Shown here piece after piece: positions 35,860 to 45,187 of a stretch of 51,864 bases of DNA. Position 1 is the first letter of the stretch, and each line of letters starts with the position of its first letter. The position numbers and the translations under genes are program-made. The stretch comes from a virus (Duplodnaviria > Caudoviricetes). The notes below the pieces were generated by a model. That model saw only the letters and a program-made list of their open reading frames with translations, searched no databases and was not told where the DNA came from. Where the stretch lies: positions 1 through 51,864 of the IMG/VR virus record IMGVR_UViG_3300032954_000021. The stretch is one strand, 5' to 3'.

Positions 35860-36742
35860 AGTATTTGACAGTTCGATGATGGGAGCGTTGAAGAGCTGTC
35901 CTCAATTGTTCAGGAAAGTCTACATCGACAACTGGAAGTCTCGGGGCGAGAAGGTCGATCTGCACGCCGGCAAGGCCTATGCACACGGGCTCGAGATCGC
36001 CCGGCGCGCTTACTTCGAGCAGGGAGTCATGAAAGAGAAGGCGGAGGCGATGGGCCTCGCCGCCCTCCTCGAAGCCTATGGCGACTACGAATGTCCGGCA
36101 GACAATCCGAAGAGTCGGGAGCGCATGGCTGGCGCCTTCGAGTACGCCATGCAGGCCTATCCGCTCACCATGCAGACCGGCTTCCCGATCCAGCTCGCCG
36201 ACCAGAAGCGCGCCATAGAGGTCGGCTTCGTCCACCCGCTCGGTATCGACCATCCGGAGACAGGGCAGCCCCTCCTCTACTCCGGCCGGGCAGACATGAT
36301 AATCCAGTACGCCGGCGACCAATACGGCCTGGATGACAAGACCACGAAGCAGCTCGGGCCGACGTGGAGTCGGCAGTGGGAATTGCGGTCGCAGTTCATC
36401 GGCTACACGTGGGGCTTCCGCACCAGCGGCTATCGCATCGCCGGCTTCGTCGTCCGCGGCGTCGCGATCCTCAAGACCATGTACAAGACCGAGGAAGCGA
36501 TCGTTAACTTCTCCGAGTTCGAAGTGAATCGCTGGTACGGGGAGCTGCTCGAATGGCTGTCCGACGCGATCAGGTCGTGGAAGACTGGCCGGTGGCGATA
36601 CAATCTCGACCACTCCTGCACAGAGTACGGTGGCTGTGGATTCAGAGAAGTCTGTAAAATGGAGGACGAACAGCCCTGGCTGGAGCAGTTCTTCGAGCGG
36701 CGGAAGTGGAATCCGGTGACTCGCGAAGAGGAGAAGCTTTGA
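35834..36742 (+). CDS. PD-(D/E)XK Cas4-like exonuclease
   Basis: GRADM...DDKTT, QFIGY; LKSCP plus C-terminal CxxxxxCxxxxxC Fe-S ligands. Confidence 0.85.
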   Translation: MLKNPPFPEVFDSSMMGALKSCPQLFRKVYIDNWKSRGEKVDLHAGKAYAHGLEIARRAYFEQGVMKEKAEAMGLAALLEAYGDYECPADNPKSRERMAGAFEYAMQAYPLTMQTGFPIQLADQKRAIEVGFVHPLGIDHPETGQPLLYSGRADMIIQYAGDQYGLDDKTTKQLGPTWSRQWELRSQFIGYTWGFRTSGYRIAGFVVRGVAILKTMYKTEEAIVNFSEFEVNRWYGELLEWLSDAIRSWKTGRWRYNLDHSCTEYGGCGFREVCKMEDEQPWLEQFFERRKWNPVTREEEKL

Positions 36743-36951
36743 GTCGAAAGCCCACAGCACCGCCCGTCCTCGACCCCGAGGGCGCACGCCGCTTCGCCAC
36801 CCGCAGAGGACAGAAGGTCGGCGAGGGCTGTAAGCACTTCCTCGGCAATTGCAACTGTGACCCTCCCCACCACCTCCGCTGCGATTACATGTACAGAGGA
36901 GAGAGGTGCAGGCGAGGCGACGGACACTTCGGACCGCACAAGTTCAAATGA
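36739..36951 (+). CDS. Small Cys-rich protein
   Basis: TTG start overlapping the upstream stop; GGAG RBS. Confidence 0.45.
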   Translation: MSRKPTAPPVLDPEGARRFATRRGQKVGEGCKHFLGNCNCDPPHHLRCDYMYRGERCRRGDGHFGPHKFK

Positions 36952-37376
36952 AAGTCTGGATCAAGTTCCCGATAGAACACTCCAAGGTCTGGGAGATTAC
37001 TCGCCCAGAGCAGGACAGCTATCGTGGCTTCTGGATTCACTCCCGCGCGAAGGTCTGCCCGCATTGCCTCCAGATCTGGGCAACCATGACCACAGAGAAA
37101 GGCGGACCTTGGTCCATTGAGGGCCAGTCCTGTGCCGAGTGCAACGAGAGCCACTATTGCGTAGCCGGCTCGCTGCTGGAAGACCGCAGCTCGCAGACGT
37201 TCGACCTCGACCTCATTCGCTATCTGCCGCTCGAATTGCAGCAGAGAGAATTCGACCTACACGTTAGAGCATTACAGAAGGACTCGCAGAATGAACAGCC
37301 CCCTCCCATTGCATCAGAGCCACTCCTCGACAGCATCCTCGAGCCAGACAGCAGCGCCGCCATCCTCGGAGCCTAG
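36948..37376 (+). CDS. Zn-finger hypothetical protein
   Basis: CPHCLQIWA...CAEC...GSLL. Confidence 0.6.
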   Translation: MKVWIKFPIEHSKVWEITRPEQDSYRGFWIHSRAKVCPHCLQIWATMTTEKGGPWSIEGQSCAECNESHYCVAGSLLEDRSSQTFDLDLIRYLPLELQQREFDLHVRALQKDSQNEQPPPIASEPLLDSILEPDSSAAILGA

Positions 37377-38223
37377 CTTACTGCCGGGCGTCAATATCCT
37401 TCTGGAGGGTCCTGCCGGCACCGGCAAGACCTATCAGATCGGCAGCCTCGTCGAGACTGGCGTAGAGGTATTCTTCCTCGGTCTCGAGGCCGGCATCGAG
37501 TCGCTGGTCGGATACTTCTCCGATCCGCCTCGTAGCTGCGAGCCGCCGCCCAATCTGCACTGGCACACTCTGCAGTTAGCGATGCCGGGCGGCTTTGGGA
37601 AGATGGCAGAGAACGCGAAGCTGATCGCCAACAGCACCTATGCCGCGCTCTGCAAGGTCCAGGACTTCACTCGCGCTCAGAATAACCCGTTCGAGCGCAT
37701 GCTCTCAGTCATGAACAACTTCCGCGACCAGCGCACTGGCAAGGAATATGGGCCGGTCGATAGCTGGGGTCCAGACCGCTGCATCGTTATCGACGGTCTC
37801 ACAGGTCTGGGGGACTTCGCCATGGCGATGCAAGTCGGCATGCGCCCCGTGAAGGACAAGCCCGATTACATGGTCTCTCAGGACACTATTTCCCGCTTCA
37901 TCAAGTACTGCTGCGACGGGTGCAAGTGTCACTTCGTCCTGATCGCGCACATCGAGCGGGAGGTAGATGAGGCGCAGGGCGGATCGAAGATTTACCCGAG
38001 CGCACCGGGCCAGAAGCTCGGCCCCAAGCTCCCAAGCATGTTCTCCGACACCATTCTGACAGTCCGGAGGGGCGCAGAGTGGTCCTGGAGCACCGGCGAT
38101 CCGATGGCTGATCTGAAGACGCGCAACCTAAGCGTGAGCGAAAAGATCGAGCCCGGCTTCGCCCAGATCATAAGTAAGTGGAAGTCGCGCGGCGGGCGGC
38201 TTTCACCGAACGTTCGCGTCTAA
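37291..38223 (+). CDS. AAA-family (Sak4-like) ATPase/recombinase
   Basis: GPAGTGKT, IVIDGLT, VLIAH; located between the exonuclease and the SSB-like gene. Confidence 0.8.
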   Translation: MNSPLPLHQSHSSTASSSQTAAPPSSEPSLLPGVNILLEGPAGTGKTYQIGSLVETGVEVFFLGLEAGIESLVGYFSDPPRSCEPPPNLHWHTLQLAMPGGFGKMAENAKLIANSTYAALCKVQDFTRAQNNPFERMLSVMNNFRDQRTGKEYGPVDSWGPDRCIVIDGLTGLGDFAMAMQVGMRPVKDKPDYMVSQDTISRFIKYCCDGCKCHFVLIAHIEREVDEAQGGSKIYPSAPGQKLGPKLPSMFSDTILTVRRGAEWSWSTGDPMADLKTRNLSVSEKIEPGFAQIISKWKSRGGRLSPNVRV

Positions 38224-38250
38224 GCCCGCCACCACAAAACGGAGATTATC

Positions 38251-38736
38251 ATGAACGATACTGCAGCCGGCTTCAACGTCGGCAATTTCCTGAACGCAAC
38301 TCTGACCGAGCCGAACACACGCCGCCCTCCCATTCCTGCGGGTACGGCCGTCATCGGCATCTTCGGCAACGTGCCGGCGGAGCCCCGCCGTGTACAGGGC
38401 AAGGACGACCCTTCGAAGGTCTATTTCTTCCTCGAGATTCCTGTCGAGGTAGACCTCAATCAGAACCCGGCGCTGAAGGAGCACGTCGGGCAGGAGAAGG
38501 TCAACCTGCGCTACTCCCTCTCGCTCGACTTCACGCCGACCGGGCAGCTCGACATGTCGAAGGGGAAGAACGTGGGCCTGCGGCAGCTGCGCGAGGCGCT
38601 CGATCTGAACAAGCCGGGCGACACGTTCAGCTTTGCCATGGTACCGGGCCGGCCGGTGCTGTGCAAGATCAAGAACCGCTCCGGCGAAGGCGATGAGGTC
38701 TACGACGAAGTAGGCTCGATCGCTCGACCCCGCTGA
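38251..38736 (+). CDS. Putative ssDNA-binding protein (DUF669-like)
   Basis: PIPAG...KNVGLRQLREAL...YDEV; synteny after the AAA gene. Confidence 0.6.
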   Translation: MNDTAAGFNVGNFLNATLTEPNTRRPPIPAGTAVIGIFGNVPAEPRRVQGKDDPSKVYFFLEIPVEVDLNQNPALKEHVGQEKVNLRYSLSLDFTPTGQLDMSKGKNVGLRQLREALDLNKPGDTFSFAMVPGRPVLCKIKNRSGEGDEVYDEVGSIARPR

Positions 38737-38755
38737 TAGAAGAAGGGAGACTCAC

Positions 38756-38998
38756 ATGTTCACTCCTAATACGATCGCCGATCGCCTACGCTCGCTCGCC
38801 GAGCGGCTTGACGCGCTCCAGGACGATTACGATAAGGTCGAGCCCAGAATCGACGTAATCGACCTGGACGATGAGGTCGATATTGTTGCAGACAGTATCC
38901 AGAACCTGGGACACGAGATCACGCAGGCTCTCGAAGACCCCGAGGTCGAGGACGAGGACGAGGAGAGCGAGGAGGAGGAAGAGCCCAAAGCCGAATGA
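38756..38998 (+). CDS. Highly acidic 80-aa protein
   Basis: About 30 of 80 residues are D/E; GGAG RBS. Confidence 0.7.
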   Translation: MFTPNTIADRLRSLAERLDALQDDYDKVEPRIDVIDLDDEVDIVADSIQNLGHEITQALEDPEVEDEDEESEEEEEPKAE

Positions 38999-39007
38999 CC
39001 CCCTCTC

Positions 39008-39037
39008 GAGGGGGAGCCCATGTCCCCCTCTCTTTTT
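39008..39037 (+). terminator. Intrinsic terminator
   Basis: gaggggga-gcccatg-tccccctc followed by tcttttt. Confidence 0.6.
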
Positions 39038-39058
39038 CCTCAGACTCGGAGACTCGCA

Positions 39059-40375
39059 ATGCAACTCCACCTTCTCTCCGCTGACGAGATCACGGTTAAG
39101 AAGAATCGTCAGCGCCGCGAACTCGATCAGACGAAGATATTCGAGCTCGCCGCTTCGATCGGCCAAGTCGGCCTGATCCATCCTATCGTAGTTCGTTCGG
39201 TTGACGGCGAGTATACTCTCGTCGCCGGCGAACGCCGCCTCAAAGCTCTCGAGCAGCTATGGTTCCTCGGCTCCGAGGTAACCTACTCCGGGAAGGTCAT
39301 ACCCGAGGGCCAGGTCCCCTGCTCCTTCCTCGGAGAGATCGACCCGATTGATGCAGAAGAGATCGAGCTCGAAGAGAACATTCGCAGGGAAGATCTGAAC
39401 TGGAAGGAGCGCGCCGACGCCGTTGCGCGCCTCGCCGCCCTTCGGACTGCGCAGGCGAAGCGCGCCAACCTGCCCGCGCCGAGCGTCGCCGATATCGCCG
39501 AAGAGGTGAGCGGCCACCGCGAGGGCGACTACCAAGGTGACGTCCGGAAGGACATTATCCTTGGCAACGCTCTGAAAGATCCAGAGGCGGCCGCCGCCCT
39601 CGACGGCGCTACCAATCGCAACGACGCTTTCAAGAGGTTACGCCGTCATGAAGAATCCAAGAGAAATGCCGCTCTGGGGGCCTCGCTCGTACTTACCTCG
39701 GAAATGCACACTCTGCGAAAGGGCAACTGCATTCCTCTTATGCAGGAAATGCCAGCGGAGACTTTCGACGTTATTCTCTGCGACCCGCCGTACGGGGTCG
39801 GCGCAGATGAATTTTCTGACAGCGGCGGACGAACCGCTGGTGGTCATTTCTATAGCGACTCCTATGAAGAGTGGAAGCCTCTCGCCACCAGTCTTGCCGG
39901 CGAGTCCTATCGCCTCGCTAAGGGCCAAGCCCACGCATATGTATTCTGCGATATTGACCGCTTTGGAGAGCTCAAAGCGCTCTTCGCGCAGGCGGGTTGG
40001 TCGGTCTTCCGAACGCCGCTCGTCTGGGTCAAGCCAGGCGGCGTGCGCGCCCCGTGGCCTGAGATGGGACCTCAACGAAAGTACGAGATTATTCTCTTCG
40101 CAGTCAAAGGAAAGCGACCAGTAACGAGGCTCTACGGCGATGTGCTCACCTACCCGTCCGATCCTAACCTTGGCCACCCAGCGCAGAAACCTGTGGCGCT
40201 TCTCAGCGACTTACTACAGAGATCAGTCCGGCCGGGTGACACAGTGCTCGATCCGTTTTGTGGAACTGGTTCGACCTTGGTCGCCGCCCACCAGCACAAG
40301 TGCAGAGCGACAGGGATCGAGCTGAATGAGGCAGCTTACGGAATATCGCTTGTTAGAGTGAGGGAGCTCAAATGA
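39059..40375 (+). CDS. ParB/Srx N-terminal domain fused to N4/N6 DNA methyltransferase
   Basis: GLIHPIVV..LVAGERRLKA..EENIRRE; DPPY; HPAQKP; VLDPFCGTGST. Confidence 0.9.
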   Translation: MQLHLLSADEITVKKNRQRRELDQTKIFELAASIGQVGLIHPIVVRSVDGEYTLVAGERRLKALEQLWFLGSEVTYSGKVIPEGQVPCSFLGEIDPIDAEEIELEENIRREDLNWKERADAVARLAALRTAQAKRANLPAPSVADIAEEVSGHREGDYQGDVRKDIILGNALKDPEAAAALDGATNRNDAFKRLRRHEESKRNAALGASLVLTSEMHTLRKGNCIPLMQEMPAETFDVILCDPPYGVGADEFSDSGGRTAGGHFYSDSYEEWKPLATSLAGESYRLAKGQAHAYVFCDIDRFGELKALFAQAGWSVFRTPLVWVKPGGVRAPWPEMGPQRKYEIILFAVKGKRPVTRLYGDVLTYPSDPNLGHPAQKPVALLSDLLQRSVRPGDTVLDPFCGTGSTLVAAHQHKCRATGIELNEAAYGISLVRVRELK

Positions 40376-40524
40376 ACAAGCTGATCCTGTTCAATTGCTG
40401 GATCATGTTCAACTACCTCTGCACGGCGTGCTGGTGGGCCCTGCATAAGAAGTGGCCGGACATGCTCTACTGGCTCTCAGCACTCGCGATCACAGCAACA
40501 GTCACATTCGGGTACAAAAGATGA
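40372..40524 (+). CDS. 50-aa hydrophobic membrane peptide
   Basis: MNKLILFNCWIMFNYLCTACWWAL...YWLSALAITATVTFGYKR; ATGA overlaps at both ends. Confidence 0.6.
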   Translation: MNKLILFNCWIMFNYLCTACWWALHKKWPDMLYWLSALAITATVTFGYKR

Positions 40525-40940
40525 GTGATCTACCAGCAACTGTAGTTCATATATTCAGCCGCTGTGTAAGACGCGGAGCTTGTCTTATTTGGACTGGAGC
40601 TTCTTCTCGTGGGCATGGACAGCTAACAGGTGGCGAGTATGTACACAGAGTTGTTTATGAGCAGCTGAAAGGGCCTATACCAGAAGGATTGGAAATAGGA
40701 CATACTTGTGACGAAGGGCTCTGTGTAGAACCAGAGCATTTAGAGGCTGTTACTAGACAAAAGAACGTACAGGACGCCTTCTCTAGAGGCAGATATCAGC
40801 GAGGCAGATACTCTAATGAAGATATAGTAGCTTTACGCGCTGGTAAAATAAGCTCACATGCTTTTGCTGAGAAGTATGGCTTGAGCCAGAAGACTGCTTA
40901 TAACATCAAAAAGGGACACAAAGCAAAATGGCGATCATAG
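40521..40940 (+). CDS. HNH homing endonuclease
   Basis: CLIWTGA..HG..VHRVVY..GPIPEGLEIGHTCD..CVEPEHL..VT..N; low GC. Confidence 0.88.
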   Translation: MSDLPATVVHIFSRCVRRGACLIWTGASSRGHGQLTGGEYVHRVVYEQLKGPIPEGLEIGHTCDEGLCVEPEHLEAVTRQKNVQDAFSRGRYQRGRYSNEDIVALRAGKISSHAFAEKYGLSQKTAYNIKKGHKAKWRS

Positions 40941-43474
40941 TCCCTCCAGATGGTCCTCTCAATGCCAAAGTACTCATAGTCGGAGAGGCGCCCGGCGAGA
41001 CGGAGGAGATCCGCGGCGTGCCGTTCGTAGGCCCCTCCGGTATGGAACTAAATAGAATGCTGCAGGAAGCTGGTATGTCTAGGTCAGAAGTTTTCTGTAC
41101 GAACCTCTGCCGCTCGCGCCCCCCGCGCAACGACATAGAGCTCTACATTCGCAAGTCCTCAAAGTTCACAAAGAAGGTAACGAAGGCTGACCAGAAACGG
41201 ATCGACGCCGGCATCAATCCTTATAAATTCGTCCCCCTCCGCGATATGCTGGTCGATCCGAAGGTGATGGAAGGCTTCATCGAACTGAAGAAGGAGATCG
41301 AACTTGTCAAACCTCAGATCATTATTACGGTCGGCAATGCGTCTATGTGGGCGCTCACCGGCAGGTGGGGCATCACGAAGTGGCGCGGGTCGATGCTCAC
41401 TTACAGCAGCGCTGGAAAAGATACCAAGCTCATCCCCACTTATCATCCAGCCGCCATTCTTAGACAGTGGGACTGGAGAGCTATTGGTGTGGCAGACCTA
41501 CGTCGGGCCGCCCGCTTCCGAGATGGTACTCCTTATCCGACGCGCGAACGCCGCTTTATTCTTAGACCTAATTTTGATCAGGCTACGCATACCCTTGAGA
41601 CTCTCATTAGTCGCGCTGACCTCCTCGGAGATAACGCAGTACTTCGGCTCAGCTTCGACATCGAAACTCGTGCAGGCCATATTGCGTGCGCCGGAATCTC
41701 GTGGTCTTATAGCGATGCAATCTGCATCCCTCTCATGTGCGCAGAGCGGCGAGAAGGCTATTGGCTCCTGGACGAAGAAGTACGTATCGTACAGCTCCTA
41801 CAGACGCTACTTACGCACCGGCGAGTTCGAGTAGTCGGGCAGAACATTCTGTACGACTCCCAGTACACCTGGCGCTGGTGGCATTTCGTCCCTCGCGTGG
41901 ACCAAGACACGATGATCAGCCAGCACGCCATCTTCTCCGACATGCCCAAGTCTCTCGCTTTCCAAGCGAGCATGTACGCCGACTTCTACGTATTCTGGAA
42001 AGAGGAGGGCAAGGATTGGGAGAAGAACATGCGAGAGGAGGAGCTCTGGCATTACAACTGCCTCGATTGCGTCTACACCGATGAGGTCGGCCAGGTCGAG
42101 CTGGAGACAATCCGTAGTCTCGGCCTGCAGAACGTCCACGACTTCCAGCAGAGCATGTTCTGGCCCGTCTTGCAAGCGATGCAGCGCGGCGTGAGAATCG
42201 ACCTCAAACGCCGCAACGAACTCATCATCGAAGTGAAGGGCGAGATAGCTCGCCGGCAGACCTTCATAGATAAGATCCTCGGCCATCCGCTTAACGTGGA
42301 CAGTCCGAAGCAGATGCACGCCCTGTTCTACGGCGACTTCCGCATGCCGGTTCAAATGAAGAGAGGTAAGAAAGGTGAACCATCTCGACCAACTCTGGAC
42401 GACGACGCTCTTCAGAAGCTTCGCCGTATTGAGCCTCTGCTTACTCCTCTGGTCAACTCTATCGCGGACATACGGACGCTGGGGAAGTTTCTATCTAATT
42501 TCCTCTGCCGTCCTCTTGATACTGATTCGAGGATGCGTTGCGCCTTCAACATAGGAGGATCTGAAAGTGGCAAGTCAGCACCCAAGACATATCGCCTTTC
42601 GAGTTCGGAGAACGCCTTCGGGTCTGGAACAAACCTCCAAAATATACCGTCTGAGAAATCTAAAAGCCTGGGCAAAGCAGCGGCGCGAGGAGGGTTCGAC
42701 GGTATTGGCGATCCGTATCAGTTCCCCAATATCAGAGAAATCTTTGTACCAGATCCTGGCTATACCTGGTTCGACCTTGATCTGGAAAGGGCCGACCTCT
42801 TTGTGGTATGCTGGGAAGCGGAGGACGAGCAACTCAAGTCGGCCATGCGACTCGGAGTGGATATCCATCTCCTTAACAGCTTCGTCATCACCGGCAAGGA
42901 GCCGCCGCCGCTCGAAGAGCTAGTCGAGACGCACAGCAAGTACAGAGATCATCGCGGCCCAATGAAGCTAACTCGCGAATTCGCAAAGGTATTCTGCCAT
43001 GGCACCAACTACGGCGGCGGGGCGCGCACGATGGCTGCCCATACTGGACGATCTGTTGCAGAGATTGAGAGAGCGCAGAGGATCTGGTTTGCAGCACACC
43101 CTGGAATCAAGAGGTGGCACGATCGCGTTAAGAGTCAGGTTGTTGCCCGGCGATTCGTGGAGAATCACTTCGGATACCGATGGTACATCTTTGATCGAAT
43201 TGACTCTATCATCCCAGAAGCGATCGCCTGGATTCCTCAATCCACAGTCAGCATCGTCATCAATCGAATCTGGGAACGCATCTACCGCGAGCTGCCCGAA
43301 GTCCAAGTCCTGATGCAGGTGCATGATAGTCTGCCAGGCCAGTTCCCGACCAGCCAAGCGCAGTCTTTATTGCCCCGCATTCGAGAGTGTGCGAAGATAG
43401 TCGTACCCTACGCTGATCCGTTAGTGATACCTGTGTCGATCAAGACGAGCGAAAAAAGCTGGGGGCATTGCTGA
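40928..43474 (+). CDS. polA: Uracil-DNA glycosylase (family 4-like) - 3'-5' exonuclease - family A DNA polymerase fusion
   Basis: IVGEAPG..E...PFVGPSG and TYHPA (UDG); FDIET, GQNILYD, YNCLD (exo); RLSSS, NLQNIP, DLERAD, REFAKVFCHGTNYG, QVHDS (pol). Confidence 0.93.
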   Translation: MAIIVPPDGPLNAKVLIVGEAPGETEEIRGVPFVGPSGMELNRMLQEAGMSRSEVFCTNLCRSRPPRNDIELYIRKSSKFTKKVTKADQKRIDAGINPYKFVPLRDMLVDPKVMEGFIELKKEIELVKPQIIITVGNASMWALTGRWGITKWRGSMLTYSSAGKDTKLIPTYHPAAILRQWDWRAIGVADLRRAARFRDGTPYPTRERRFILRPNFDQATHTLETLISRADLLGDNAVLRLSFDIETRAGHIACAGISWSYSDAICIPLMCAERREGYWLLDEEVRIVQLLQTLLTHRRVRVVGQNILYDSQYTWRWWHFVPRVDQDTMISQHAIFSDMPKSLAFQASMYADFYVFWKEEGKDWEKNMREEELWHYNCLDCVYTDEVGQVELETIRSLGLQNVHDFQQSMFWPVLQAMQRGVRIDLKRRNELIIEVKGEIARRQTFIDKILGHPLNVDSPKQMHALFYGDFRMPVQMKRGKKGEPSRPTLDDDALQKLRRIEPLLTPLVNSIADIRTLGKFLSNFLCRPLDTDSRMRCAFNIGGSESGKSAPKTYRLSSSENAFGSGTNLQNIPSEKSKSLGKAAARGGFDGIGDPYQFPNIREIFVPDPGYTWFDLDLERADLFVVCWEAEDEQLKSAMRLGVDIHLLNSFVITGKEPPPLEELVETHSKYRDHRGPMKLTREFAKVFCHGTNYGGGARTMAAHTGRSVAEIERAQRIWFAAHPGIKRWHDRVKSQVVARRFVENHFGYRWYIFDRIDSIIPEAIAWIPQSTVSIVINRIWERIYRELPEVQVLMQVHDSLPGQFPTSQAQSLLPRIRECAKIVVPYADPLVIPVSIKTSEKSWGHC

Positions 43475-43665
43475 TGGAACACGATTTCAGTATAAAGATG
43501 AGCTGGTGCCGTCGATGCGGCCGGCCTCTGTATGAGATAGTAGATAACAATATTCCTGAATGTGATGGACTACCAGGTGTAGTACATGCTCGCTTCCTAA
43601 AAGCTGAGGCCGATATGGAGAAGATATTCGGTCCTATTATAGATGAAATTCTTGGATTGCACTAA
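43474..43665 (+). CDS. Small Zn-ribbon protein
   Basis: WCRRCG; TGATG coupling to pol. Confidence 0.55.
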   Translation: MEHDFSIKMSWCRRCGRPLYEIVDNNIPECDGLPGVVHARFLKAEADMEKIFGPIIDEILGLH

Positions 43666-43668
43666 GCT

Positions 43669-44892
43669 ATGCCGACGAACGGAGCGGCAGGCGAGCGGAA
43701 CTTCCCGGACTGGCTCTCCGCCTACGTCCAGTACGCTGGCTTCTCTGAAGCTCCCCGACGCATGCACTATTGGTCCGGGGTCAGTGCGATCGCTGGTGCA
43801 TTGCGCCGCCATGTCTGGTTCGACATGGGCTACTTCCGCTGGTTCCCCAACTTCTACATTATTCTCGTAGCGCCGCCCGGTGTTGTATCTAAGTCCACGA
43901 CTGCCAGCATCGCCATGACTCTGCTGCGGAAGGTCCCCGACATAACCTTCGGCCCCGAAGCCGTTACGTGGCAGGCCCTCCTCGAACGCTTCGAGCAGTC
44001 TACTCAGTCCTTCCTAATCGGCGCCACCTATTACACGCAGAGCGCCATGACTATCGAGTCGGCCGAGTTCGGCAACCTGATCGACCCCTCGAACAGAGAG
44101 CAGATCGACTTCCTCGTCAACCTCTGGGATTCGAAGGTCGGCTCTTTCCAGAAAGTCACAAAAGGCTCAGGGATCAACAATGTTGAGAATCCTTACATCA
44201 ATCTCATTGCTTGCACTACTCCTGCATGGATCGCAGGGAACTTCCCCGAGTACGTCATTGGCGGAGGATTTACCTCTCGTTGTCTCTTTGTTTACGCGGA
44301 CCAGAAAGAGAAGTTCATTGCCTATCCCGCACGTCATATGCCAAAGGAGATGGGGGAAGTGCAGCACGCACTGGTCCAAGACCTCGAGCGCATGTCCGCT
44401 AAGCTCGTCGGCCCCTATATCATCAGCCCGGAGGCGGTCGAGTGGGGGGAGAAGTGGTACGCGGAGCACTGGAGCGGGAAGATGCCGGACGAGCTGGACG
44501 ACGACCGCTTCGGCGGCTATCTCGCCCGGAAGCAGACGCACGTGCATAAGACGGCCATGTGCATTGCTGCTTCCCGGCATGACGACATGGTGCTATATAG
44601 GCAGGACCTTGAGGACGCTTACGCCGCCGTGACGGAGCTGGAGAAGGACATGGTAAAGGTGTTCGCAAGGATCGGCAGGACGCAAACGTCCGTGCAGGCC
44701 GAACGCTTCATCCGCTTCGTACAGAAGCGCGGCGCCTGCACCTACGCCGAGGCCTACGCATTCATCCATTCCAGCTTTCCGAGCGCGAAGAACTTCGAAG
44801 ATATCGTCGTCGGAGCGACGAGGTCTGGCTACATCAGAATGCAGCCGGCGGGCAGCAGCTATATCTTAGAGGCAGTGAAGAAGCCAGCTTGA
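43669..44892 (+). CDS. DUF3987-like P-loop protein (putative replicative helicase)
   Basis: PNFYIILVAPPGVVSKST, NLIACTTP, GGGFTSRCLFV. Confidence 0.75.
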   Translation: MPTNGAAGERNFPDWLSAYVQYAGFSEAPRRMHYWSGVSAIAGALRRHVWFDMGYFRWFPNFYIILVAPPGVVSKSTTASIAMTLLRKVPDITFGPEAVTWQALLERFEQSTQSFLIGATYYTQSAMTIESAEFGNLIDPSNREQIDFLVNLWDSKVGSFQKVTKGSGINNVENPYINLIACTTPAWIAGNFPEYVIGGGFTSRCLFVYADQKEKFIAYPARHMPKEMGEVQHALVQDLERMSAKLVGPYIISPEAVEWGEKWYAEHWSGKMPDELDDDRFGGYLARKQTHVHKTAMCIAASRHDDMVLYRQDLEDAYAAVTELEKDMVKVFARIGRTQTSVQAERFIRFVQKRGACTYAEAYAFIHSSFPSAKNFEDIVVGATRSGYIRMQPAGSSYILEAVKKPA

Positions 44893-44894
44893 AT

Positions 44895-44930
44895 AATGCG
44901 GCCGGATTATGTCCGGCATAACACGTCCAC
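44895..44930. repeat. Copy of the dispersed palindromic element
   Basis: aatgcggccggattatgtccggcataac matches 11068-11095 at 26/28 nt; its reverse complement resembles 26169-26200. Confidence 0.8.
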
Positions 44931-44944
44931 ATAAAGGAGCTACT

Positions 44945-45187
44945 ATGCAAATCATTGTAACGCAAGACGACAGTCACGAGTGTGCGATCAGCGCGGAGAT
45001 CATCACCTTCGTCCACCGGGCGGCAGAGAACAAGCTGCTCACCTACGTCGTGACCGGCGTGCCTGGACCGAAAGGGCCGATGGCATTCCTCGTAAAGGAA
45101 TCCCCAATCGAAGTGGCGCGCCGCATCAATAACGCGCTGAAGAGCGAGGTCCACCCAGCTCTGCTGGGCTTCCCCGAAGCGAACTAG
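44945..45187 (+). CDS. Hypothetical protein, last early gene
   Basis: AAGGAG RBS; ends LVKESPIEVARRIN; converges on the spanin gene. Confidence 0.6.
   Translation: MQIIVTQDDSHECAISAEIITFVHRAAENKLLTYVVTGVPGPKGPMAFLVKESPIEVARRINNALKSEVHPALLGFPEAN

Noticed and set aside
35834-36742. CRISPR-Cas system suggested by the Cas4-like nuclease
   Set aside because: No repeat-spacer array or other cas genes; the exonuclease-AAA-SSB context is an ordinary phage recombination module.
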